Assembly: GCA_043823005.1 (NCBI GenBank)
Contig: JBDRBG010000116.1
Span: 3,989 to 67,988, forward strand
DNA: 64,000 nt
Reading direction: 5' to 3'
Source: Candidatus Omnitrophota bacterium
Lineage (GTDB): Bacteria; Omnitrophota; Gorgyraeia; Tantalellales; Tantalellaceae
How positions within the stretch are numbered: the stretch's first letter is position 1; every line of letters starts with the position of its first letter. This document shows, piece by piece, positions 56,568 through 64,000 of the stretch. Position numbers and translations under genes: made by a program. The notes under the pieces were generated by a model, which was given only the letters and a program-made list of their open reading frames with translations, was not told the DNA's origin and did no database searches.

Positions 56568-56790
56568 AAACTAAAGGACCAAAACTAAAAATATAAAACT
56601 AGGAAAGAGATGCTTTTTTAGATTTGGAGCTTTGAGGATTAGGATTTTTTTTATTTCGTCATTCAGGTTGTGCCGCAATTCAAATTCTGTCTTTGCGCGG
56701 GAGCAAGAACGACCGTGGCAATCTCAATAAAAGGAAAAGGGAAGAGGAAAGGGATAACGGGCAACCGTCAACTAAACAACCGGGGGTAAA

Positions 56791-57363
56791 ATGAAAATCG
56801 GGCTTTTAGGAGGAACTTTTAATCCGATTCATGCCGGGCATTTGATCTTAGCTCAGGAGTGCTGGTACAGATTAAAACTCGATAAAGTTATATTTATTCC
56901 GGCATATGCTCCGCCTCATAAACAAGTAGAAGGGGACATTTCCGTTCCTGACAGACTTAACATGCTGCGGTTGGCATTACACGGGGATACAAGATTTGAA
57001 ATATCTACTTATGAGATAGATCAAAACAAGATAGTTTATTCAGTAGATACGATACGGTTTTTTATAGATAAATATGGAGATTCTGCTGAGATTTTTTTTC
57101 TGACAGGGTCGGATTCCAGCCAGGATCTTTTTGCGTGGAAAAACATAGAGAAGATTCTGGATCTTACAACTTTTATAATAGCTGTACGTCCGGGATGGGA
57201 AAAACAGAGTTTGTATGAACAGAAAGTAAAGAGGACAGAGATGCCGCTTATTGATATATCATCCAGTATGATCAGGGATCGCATAAGAAAATGTGAGCCG
57301 ATAGATTATTTTGTTCCGTCAACAGTTGTTCAATATATAAGAGATAAGGGGTTGTACCGGTAG
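56791..57363 (+). CDS. nadD: Nicotinate-nucleotide adenylyltransferase
   Basis: MKIGLLGGTFNPIHAGHL ((H/T)xGH motif) and an ISSSMIRDR-type SxT motif. Confidence 0.88.
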   Translation: MKIGLLGGTFNPIHAGHLILAQECWYRLKLDKVIFIPAYAPPHKQVEGDISVPDRLNMLRLALHGDTRFEISTYEIDQNKIVYSVDTIRFFIDKYGDSAEIFFLTGSDSSQDLFAWKNIEKILDLTTFIIAVRPGWEKQSLYEQKVKRTEMPLIDISSSMIRDRIRKCEPIDYFVPSTVVQYIRDKGLYR

Positions 57364-57544
57364 GATATAAGCGCTAAATCCCGGGGGCTATATATTTTTT
57401 TGTCCTATTGAGGAGTCTAATTTTCTTGACTTTTAGGTTTGGTATGATAAACTTACTTGCGTAAATAGAAGGCGCTAGAAAGAAAGCTAACCCATTAGAT
57501 TGTGCCTGGGTTAGAAAAATTGTAAAAAAATCAGGGAGGCTCTT

Positions 57545-57688
57545 ATGGCAGAAGCATATTGCGTGAAATGTAAGGCGAAGAAAGAAATGAAGGACGCAAA
57601 AGAAGTTACTATGAAGAACGGAAGAAAAGCATTGAAAGGTTGTTGTCCTGATTGTGGTACCGGGATGTATCGCATAATGGGTAAATAA
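57545..57688 (+). CDS. Small zinc-ribbon protein (DUF5679-like), absent from the ORF track because it is under 60 aa
   Basis: MAEAYCVKCKAKKEMKDAKEVTMKNGRKALKGCCPDCGTGMYRIMGK: CxxC...CxxC. GGGAGG SD 6 nt upstream. Sits between nadD and rsfS on the coding strand. Confidence 0.6.
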   Translation: MAEAYCVKCKAKKEMKDAKEVTMKNGRKALKGCCPDCGTGMYRIMGK

Positions 57689-57720
57689 GCTATTTTTGGT
57701 CAAAGGGAAGATATACAACT

Positions 57721-58101
57721 TTGGATAAAGCAAAATTAATAGCACAATGTGCCGCGGAGAAAAAGGGTGATAATATTGTCCTTATGGACATGCGTAAAGC
57801 AGCAACAGAATATGAATGGTTTGTTGTTGTAAGCGCAGGCTCGACTCGGCGTATGAATGCGATAGTAAAAGCAACGGAAAGAACACTTTCAAAAAACAAG
57901 ATGTCTTTTTTGAGAGTTGAGGGTAAGAATAATCCTCATTGGATATTGATGGATTGTAATGACGTAATAGTACATGTTTTTCACGAAGAAATACGGGAAT
58001 TTTATGGACTGGAAAGACTCTGGTCCGATGTTCCCATAGAAAGATTTAACAACAAATGCTTGGAAAAGACCTCACAAAAAAAATATCAACGATCCTCTTA
58101 A
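57721..58101 (+). CDS. rsfS: Ribosomal silencing factor RsfS (Iojap)
   Basis: DKKGDNIVLMDMRK...VVSAGSTRRMNAI...HWILMDCNDVIVHVFHEEIREFYGLERLW, a typical RsfS sequence. TTG start. Confidence 0.82.
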   Translation: MDKAKLIAQCAAEKKGDNIVLMDMRKAATEYEWFVVVSAGSTRRMNAIVKATERTLSKNKMSFLRVEGKNNPHWILMDCNDVIVHVFHEEIREFYGLERLWSDVPIERFNNKCLEKTSQKKYQRSS

Positions 58102-59756
58102 AAGCCTGTAAATCGTATTTTAAAAAAAATCTACCCGAGGTAATGTTTCCGGAAAATATTGATCCGGGGTTGCAGATTACTCGAGACCAGGCACATGGCG
58201 ATCTTTCTTCAAATATCGCTATGTGCCTGGCTTCAAGCGCGCGCAAGTCACCGTTAAACCTGGGAACCGGGATTGTATCGGTTTTGGAGGAGCTTGTAGC
58301 AGTCTCTGAGTTAAAGCCGTTAATAAGCGGGATAGAGCTTAAAGGCGGTTTTATAAATTTCAGTCTGTCTGAAATCTATTATCACACGCTTCTTTTTGAT
58401 GCTTTTTCTCAAAAAGAAAAATTCGGAAGATCCGATGACGGACAGGGAGAACATATAAATCTTGAGTTTGTAAGCGCTAATCCTACCGGCCCGCTTACTG
58501 TTGCTCATGGAAGACAGGCCGCTATAGGTGACGCTCTTTCCCGAATACTTCGGTTTAGCGGATATACTGTTACTAATGAGTATTATCTTAATGATATAGG
58601 ACGTCAGATCCGTTTGCTCGGAGAATCCGTAAGGATAAGGTATAGAAATCTTTTTGATTTGAATGATCCTATGCCTGAAGATGGTTATATGGGAGAATAT
58701 ATTGTCGATATAGCCGAAGAAATAAAGAAGCAAAAAGGGGAGAGTCTACTGGCGCAAGAGACTCTAAAGCCCGGATCCGGGTTTTTTCAGCAGTATGCCA
58801 TTGATTATATGATGAAGGATATCAAAAAGGATCTGGCTGATTTCGGGGTAAATTTTGATGTTTGGACCTCACAGGGGCGTTTGGAGAAAAGGCGAGAGGT
58901 AGAAAAAGTTTTAGGCGTACTGGAGAAAAAAGGGTGGCTTTATGACTGTGATGGAGCTAAATGGTTTGCATCAACACGGTTAGGGGATGACAAGGACAGA
59001 GTGGTAATAAAGAGCGATGGTTCTTACACATATTTAGCTCCGGATATCGCGTACCATTTTGATAAATATCGAAGGAAATATACGAAATTGATTGATCTCT
59101 TAGGGCCGGATCACCACGGGTATATAAAAAGGATGAAAGCCGCGGTAAAGGCTTTAGGTCATGAGGCAGGTTCGCTTAATATTTTGATTGTTCAACTTGT
59201 TTCGCTTTTGCGTAATGGCCGGACTTTGTCCATGTCAACCAGGAGAGGTGAATTTATCAGTCTTAGAGAGATTATGGATGAATTGGGAAAGGATGTAACA
59301 AGGTTTTTCTTTCTTTCCCGCAGGCTTGACAGTCATTTGGATTTTGATATTGAACTTGCCAAAAAAGAATCATCAGATAATCCTGTTTTTTATATTCAAT
59401 ACGCGCATGCAAGGATATGTAGTATAAAAAAATACAGCGGAAAAGATTTTAACCGTTTATTTTCCGGAAAAGCCAGGCTGAATCTTTTGTCTAGCCGTCA
59501 GGAGAAACAGCTTATGCGTAAGTTAAGTGAATTTCCTATTATGGTTAAAGCTAGCGCAGATGCGCTTGAACCTAACAGGATCATTGTTTATCTTAACGAA
59601 TTGGCGCGTAGTTTTCATTCATTTTATACTGAGTGTCGGGTAGTTTCTGAAGATCAGGTACTGTCTGAAGCAAGACTATTTTTAGTCGAATGTGTGAGAA
59701 TAGTGCTTGCTAATGGTTTGGGTCTTTTAAATATTACTTTTCCTGAGAAAATGTAA
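58056..59756 (+). CDS. argS: Arginyl-tRNA synthetase
   Basis: Add-1 N-domain, HIGH-region (PTGPLTVAHGR), MSTRRG, DALR anticodon-binding C-terminus ending ...PEKM. Confidence 0.88.
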   Translation: MLGKDLTKKISTILLKACKSYFKKNLPEVMFPENIDPGLQITRDQAHGDLSSNIAMCLASSARKSPLNLGTGIVSVLEELVAVSELKPLISGIELKGGFINFSLSEIYYHTLLFDAFSQKEKFGRSDDGQGEHINLEFVSANPTGPLTVAHGRQAAIGDALSRILRFSGYTVTNEYYLNDIGRQIRLLGESVRIRYRNLFDLNDPMPEDGYMGEYIVDIAEEIKKQKGESLLAQETLKPGSGFFQQYAIDYMMKDIKKDLADFGVNFDVWTSQGRLEKRREVEKVLGVLEKKGWLYDCDGAKWFASTRLGDDKDRVVIKSDGSYTYLAPDIAYHFDKYRRKYTKLIDLLGPDHHGYIKRMKAAVKALGHEAGSLNILIVQLVSLLRNGRTLSMSTRRGEFISLREIMDELGKDVTRFFFLSRRLDSHLDFDIELAKKESSDNPVFYIQYAHARICSIKKYSGKDFNRLFSGKARLNLLSSRQEKQLMRKLSEFPIMVKASADALEPNRIIVYLNELARSFHSFYTECRVVSEDQVLSEARLFLVECVRIVLANGLGLLNITFPEKM

Positions 59757-60010
59757 ATAGTGAATGGTGTCTTGTCCTGACATAGCTTGGGGGAGAAAAA
59801 GCAAAGTATTTTGCTGGAATGGCAAGCATTCCGTGCTCAAACAATTTGCCCTCACTTGGTTCGGGCAAAAACTGCGCTCAGAACGCTCGCCCGTCCAGCA
59901 AAATAGAGGTTGGTGAATAGGAAAAAGGGAAAACATCCCATCCGTCTTTGCGAGGAGGAACGAAGTGACGACGCGGCAATCTCGGATAAAAATAGATAAA
60001 AAAACTGTCA
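59757..60010 (+). repeat. R3 composite repeat, copy 2 (between argS and mfd)
   Basis: See copy 1; same module order. Confidence 0.8.
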
Positions 60011-60138
60011 ACTTTTTCAGGACGAAACGTAGCTATGATCGTCCTATTTACTATTCACCATTCACTAAGAAATTCCACACCTGTTTCCTGAGCAGTGAGT
60101 TTTTTCAAGCGGACAGCAGGTAAATTTTATAACAGACT

Positions 60139-62046
60139 ATGTTTAATTCCATTAAGTTTTATGTGGACGAACAAGCGGATCCGGATGAAATAATCGCGGC
60201 CTTGGATGATTTCGGATATTCCAGATGTTCAAAAGTATCTGTTTGCGGAGATTACAGCCTAATCGGAGAAACTCTTATAATCTATCCGGTTACTTTTGAA
60301 TATCCTGTCAGGATAGACATTTTTGACGCTAAGATCCAATCGATAAAAAGTATTGATGTTGTATCTTTCAAGACTATTATGCCGCATAAAGGCGTAATGA
60401 TTTTGCCTGTTGGGGCATTAAGGCGAAAAAAGGTAAAAAAGCATCTTGAAGGTATTGAAGAGCAGCCGATCGACTCTTTTGTAGATATAGAACCCGGTGA
60501 TTTTACCGTTCACATAGATTATGGTATCGGTAAATATTTAGGTATGCAGAGGATGCGACGCAACAGCGGGTTAAAAGATTATTTTGTAATAGAATATAAA
60601 GACGGCGATAAACTTTATGTAGATAGTAAGGATCTCGATAAACTTCAAAGATATATATCATTTCACAGAAGGCCTCCGACTCTTAATAAGCTAAGAGGTA
60701 AAAAATGGCATCAGACTAAAGTAAAAGCTTTTAAGGGCGCCGCTTCCGCGGCAGAAGAAATACTTTCAATGCAGGCAAAAAGAGAAAGATGCAAAGGGTT
60801 TGCTTTTAGCCGGGATGCGGAATGGCAGAAACAAGTAGAAGAAGAATTTCCATATCGGGAGACTCCTGATCAGCTGAGAGCTACACAGGAAGTTAAAAAC
60901 GATATGGAGAAATTAAAACCTATGGACAGACTTTTGTGCGGAGATGTCGGTTATGGAAAAACCGAAGTTGCTTTAAGAGCCGCTTTTAAGGCGGTTATGG
61001 ACGGTAAACAGGTTGCTTTTTTAGTGCCTACGACGATTCTTGCCGAACAGCATACCAATACTTTTCGCAATCGATTGAAATCTTTTCCCGTAAAGATAGA
61101 AATGCTTAATCGGTTTAGGACGCAGAGCGAACAAAAGCGTGTGCTTGCTGATATTAAGAACGGTAAGGTGGATATAGTTATCGGAACTCACCGGATTCTT
61201 TCCGGTGATGTTGAATTTAAGGATCTGGGGCTTTTGATAATAGATGAAGAACAGCGTTTCGGGGTTAAACATAAAGAAAAAATCAAAAAAATGAGGATAA
61301 ATGTAGATGTGCTTACGCTTACAGCTACACCGATTCCCCGGACTTTATATTTGGCGCTGATGGGGGGTAAGGATATTTCCATAATAGAAACGCCTCCGCT
61401 ACAAAGACTTCCGGTTAAAACAGAAATTATTGAGTATGACAGAGAAGAAATACGTGACGCGATTAAGCAAGAAATAGAACGAGGCGGACAGGTATATTAT
61501 GTCCACAATAGAGTAGAAACAATAGACAAAATAGCTGATGAAGTAAAAAAACTGGTTCCTGAAGCGGATCTCATAGTAGGGCACGGACAAATGAGTTCAA
61601 AGGTTTTGGAAAAAAACATGATAAAGTTTATAAAAGGAGAGACAGATATATTAGTCTGTACTACAATAATCGAGTCAGGAATAGATATTCCTAACGCGAA
61701 TACAATAATAATAGATAATGCCGATAAATTTGGGTTGGCCGGGTTGTATCAACTTAGAGGAAGAATCGGAAGGTTTGATAAAGAGGCGTATGCTTATTTA
61801 GTTGTAAGGGATTTTTCTATTCTTACTCATGAGATTCAAAAAAGATTGCATGCAATAAAAAAATACCAGGAATTAGGATCCGGGCTTAAAATCGCGATGC
61901 GGGATCTGGAAATGAGAGGCGCGGGAAATCTTCTTGGGTTTGAGCAGAGCGGGTTTATAGATCAAATAGGGTTTGATCTATATTGCAGGCTTTTAAAAAT
62001 GGAGATACAAAGACAGCGTAATTCGTCTTTGCGAGGAGCCCCATAG
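60139..62046 (+). CDS. mfd: Mfd-like transcription-repair coupling factor, short form (635 aa; lacks N-terminal D1a/D1b/D3 and C-terminal D7 equivalents)
   Basis: UvrB-homology segment (LIGETLIIYP...PVRIDIFDAKIQSIKSID), RNAP-interacting-like segment, SF2 motifs GDVGYGKTEV, DEEQRFG, TATPIPRT, QLRGRIGR and TRG-like LEMRGAGNLLGFEQSG. In-frame stop immediately upstream; the stop codon lies inside a repeat unit. Confidence 0.75.
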   Translation: MFNSIKFYVDEQADPDEIIAALDDFGYSRCSKVSVCGDYSLIGETLIIYPVTFEYPVRIDIFDAKIQSIKSIDVVSFKTIMPHKGVMILPVGALRRKKVKKHLEGIEEQPIDSFVDIEPGDFTVHIDYGIGKYLGMQRMRRNSGLKDYFVIEYKDGDKLYVDSKDLDKLQRYISFHRRPPTLNKLRGKKWHQTKVKAFKGAASAAEEILSMQAKRERCKGFAFSRDAEWQKQVEEEFPYRETPDQLRATQEVKNDMEKLKPMDRLLCGDVGYGKTEVALRAAFKAVMDGKQVAFLVPTTILAEQHTNTFRNRLKSFPVKIEMLNRFRTQSEQKRVLADIKNGKVDIVIGTHRILSGDVEFKDLGLLIIDEEQRFGVKHKEKIKKMRINVDVLTLTATPIPRTLYLALMGGKDISIIETPPLQRLPVKTEIIEYDREEIRDAIKQEIERGGQVYYVHNRVETIDKIADEVKKLVPEADLIVGHGQMSSKVLEKNMIKFIKGETDILVCTTIIESGIDIPNANTIIIDNADKFGLAGLYQLRGRIGRFDKEAYAYLVVRDFSILTHEIQKRLHAIKKYQELGSGLKIAMRDLEMRGAGNLLGFEQSGFIDQIGFDLYCRLLKMEIQRQRNSSLRGAP

Positions 62047-62240
62047 GCTGACGCGGCAATCTGTTTGGTGAATAGCGTTTTGTTCTAAAAATAGACAGTA
62101 GAGAAAAAGATATAACGGCGCACCTGGAAGGGCAAACATTCCGTGCTCAAACAGTTTGCCTTCACTTGGTTCAGGCAAAAACTGCGCTCAGAACGCTTGC
62201 CCTTCCAGATGAAAAGTGTAAACTTTTTTAGGACGACACG
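62047..62240 (+). repeat. R3 composite repeat, copy 3 (between mfd and the PPIase gene; modules permuted)
   Basis: Same hairpin core with a compensatory change (TTTGCCT...AGGCAAA versus TTTGCCC...GGGCAAA in copy 1). The R1 unit precedes it and overlaps the mfd stop. Confidence 0.75.
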
Positions 62241-62311
62241 GGGAAGAAGGATACGTTTACTAAAAAATATTTGCTGGAATGGGGGGATTCTGCTATATTA
62301 ATATATATATT

Positions 62312-63148
62312 ATGAAAAACAAGGTGAATGGGATAATTTTTAGTATAATTGTTGCAGGATCTTTTTTGGGGTGCTCAAAAGCTTCAGAAAAAGAAGTAGT
62401 GATAGTTTCTATTGGCAAAACAAAAGTGACTATTTCTGATTTTAATGAAAGATTGGCAAATCTTCCTCAAAAGTACCGTGAAATCATACAAAAAAGGAAA
62501 AACGAGTATCTTCAGGAATTGATTAATGATACATTGCTTTATCAGGAAGCTGTTCGGCAGAATATCCATAAAGATAAAGACGTTCTGAAAGTTTTAGATG
62601 AAGCCAGAAAAAAGATATTGATAGCCAGACTTTTAAAAGACAACATAGATGATGTGGTTGAGATTACTGAAGATGATGTTAAGGAATACTACGGCCGGAA
62701 CAAAATGAAATACATGACGCCCAGATACTTGAGGGTAGCACATGTTTTAAGTTCTTCGAGAGAAGATTCTGAAAATATTTTAGCGGAACTTCAAAACGGA
62801 GCTGATTTTGCTGATATGGCCCGGGCTAAATCTATTGACCCGACTGCTCAGAATGGCGGAGATATAGGCTATTTTCCGATAGGACAATTGATGCCGGAAT
62901 TTGAAAACGCCTGTGTTGGTTTAGCGATAGGCGAAACAAGTGATGTTGTCAGGACAAAACTGGGGTATCATATAATCAAATTAACCGGACGGAGAGAACC
63001 GGAATTAAAGTCGGTTCAGAAGGTAAGGGATACCATAAGATCAGAATTACATACCAAAAAGAGGCAGAAGATTTTTAATGAGCTTTTAGCGAGGCTCAGA
63101 GATAATCCTGAAATACAGATCAATAAGGAAGCTTTGTCTTCACAATAA
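62312..63148 (+). CDS. PpiC-type peptidyl-prolyl cis-trans isomerase (SurA/PrsA-like), secreted or lipoprotein
   Basis: Signal peptide MKNKVNGIIFSIIVAGSFLGC, SurA-N-like region and a parvulin domain (GGDIGYF...GYHIIKL). Confidence 0.75.
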   Translation: MKNKVNGIIFSIIVAGSFLGCSKASEKEVVIVSIGKTKVTISDFNERLANLPQKYREIIQKRKNEYLQELINDTLLYQEAVRQNIHKDKDVLKVLDEARKKILIARLLKDNIDDVVEITEDDVKEYYGRNKMKYMTPRYLRVAHVLSSSREDSENILAELQNGADFADMARAKSIDPTAQNGGDIGYFPIGQLMPEFENACVGLAIGETSDVVRTKLGYHIIKLTGRREPELKSVQKVRDTIRSELHTKKRQKIFNELLARLRDNPEIQINKEALSSQ

Positions 63149-63379
63149 AAGACTATGGTGTAAAAGGATAAACCACAGAGGACACAGGGGAAAAGGATAT
63201 TTAGAAGAAAATGTTACTCTGTGATCTCCAAAAGTTTATAATTTATATAAGCTATTTAGAGAAAGGTTTAAGCTAAAGAGTATCTAGAAAGTGAAGCGGA
63301 AAATAAGTGTTTATCTAAGAATAAAGAATATCTCTGTGAACTCTGTGGTTAAAACTTAAATATTTCAAGGAGGAAACCA

Positions 63380-64000
63380 ATGGGATATAGACCGAAGATC
63401 AAGACAATTTTAGCTTTTATTTTAGTGTTGTGCTGCCTGGGATTTTTTAATGCCGGAGTTTATGCTGATGTGTTTGATAAAGTCATTGCTGTGGTCAATG
63501 AGGAGGTTGTAACGCAAAGAGATTTTGATAAGATGTTTTTGCCGTTAAAACAGGATTATATGAACCGGTTTAAGGGCGGAGAATTAGAGCAGCGCCTTGA
63601 GGCCGCCAGAGGCGGATTGCTTGAACAATTAGTTAACGCCAAGCTTACCGTGAGTCTGGCTAAAAAAGAGAAGATAGAAGTTGATGAAGAAGAACTCCAG
63701 GGTCGTATTGATAAAATAAAAACTTATTATAAATCCGAAGAAGAGTTTTTAGGTGTGTTGGATGAGAAGGGAACTACTTTAACTGAATTTAATCAGGAGA
63801 TCAGGGATCAGATGCTGGCGCAAAAACTTGTAGAGCAGGAGGTTGCGTCAAAAATTATTATATCTCCGGCAGAGATAAAAGATCTTTATGAAAAAAACAA
63901 AAAAAACTTTGTTTCTCCGGTTAAGTCTAAGGTAAGAAATCTGATGCTGAGAAAAAAGAAAAACGCGGAAGAAAATGAAGTGATAAAGTCTAACATGGAA
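63380..64000 (+). CDS. SurA-N-domain chaperone-like protein (3' end outside window)
   Basis: AGGAGG SD, signal peptide, SurA N-terminal-domain-like sequence (VIAVVNEEVVTQRDFDK...). No stop before the window end. Confidence 0.6.
   Translation, partial: MGYRPKIKTILAFILVLCCLGFFNAGVYADVFDKVIAVVNEEVVTQRDFDKMFLPLKQDYMNRFKGGELEQRLEAARGGLLEQLVNAKLTVSLAKKEKIEVDEEELQGRIDKIKTYYKSEEEFLGVLDEKGTTLTEFNQEIRDQMLAQKLVEQEVASKIIISPAEIKDLYEKNKKNFVSPVKSKVRNLMLRKKKNAEENEVIKSNME

Noticed and set aside
1-64000. CRISPR array or cas genes
   Set aside because: No regularly spaced direct repeats with unique spacers were seen. The abundant repeats are palindromic and irregularly spaced (MITE-like) and no Cas-like proteins were recognised.

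Overview
This window is a low-GC (roughly 35%) bacterial chromosomal segment. Every confident gene (about 55) lies on the + strand. From the left: the tail of the dcw cluster (murC 5'-partial, murB, ddl, ftsQ, a divergent ftsA; no ftsZ follows), proC-yggT-DUF167, MTA phosphorylase, ileS, a DksA/TraR-like gene, lspA, lgt, an rluD-family gene, aroA, mreB-mreC-mreD-mrdA-rodA and a B12-binding radical SAM gene. Next is a ~16.6 kb type IV pilus (T4P) locus: a HAMP-GGDEF protein with a degenerate GRDEF motif, pilT, a standalone MshEN/T2SSE_N domain protein, two tandem translationally coupled PilB/GspE ATPases, pilC, two PilA-type pilins, a TMTC-like GT-C/TPR membrane protein, and pilM-N-O-P-Q. The whole locus is bracketed by a ~70 bp inverted-repeat pair. 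It is followed by a short DUF2344 gene and RNase E/G, then two tandem paralogous three-gene cassettes (PilV-like pseudopilin, ~740-aa protein with a prepilin-type leader, ~405-aa PilX/GspK-like protein). After that come rplU, rpmA, obg, proB, proA, nadD, a small DUF5679-like zinc-ribbon ORF, rsfS, argS, an unusually short Mfd-like translocase, a PpiC-type PPIase and a 3'-partial SurA-like gene. Almost every intergenic gap carries copies of several MITE-like palindromic repeat families, including a ~200-250 bp element with a conserved long hairpin. No tRNA, rRNA or CRISPR array was recognised. The prepilin peptidase pilD and ftsZ are absent from the window. All coordinates are hand-counted and may be off by 1-2 nt.
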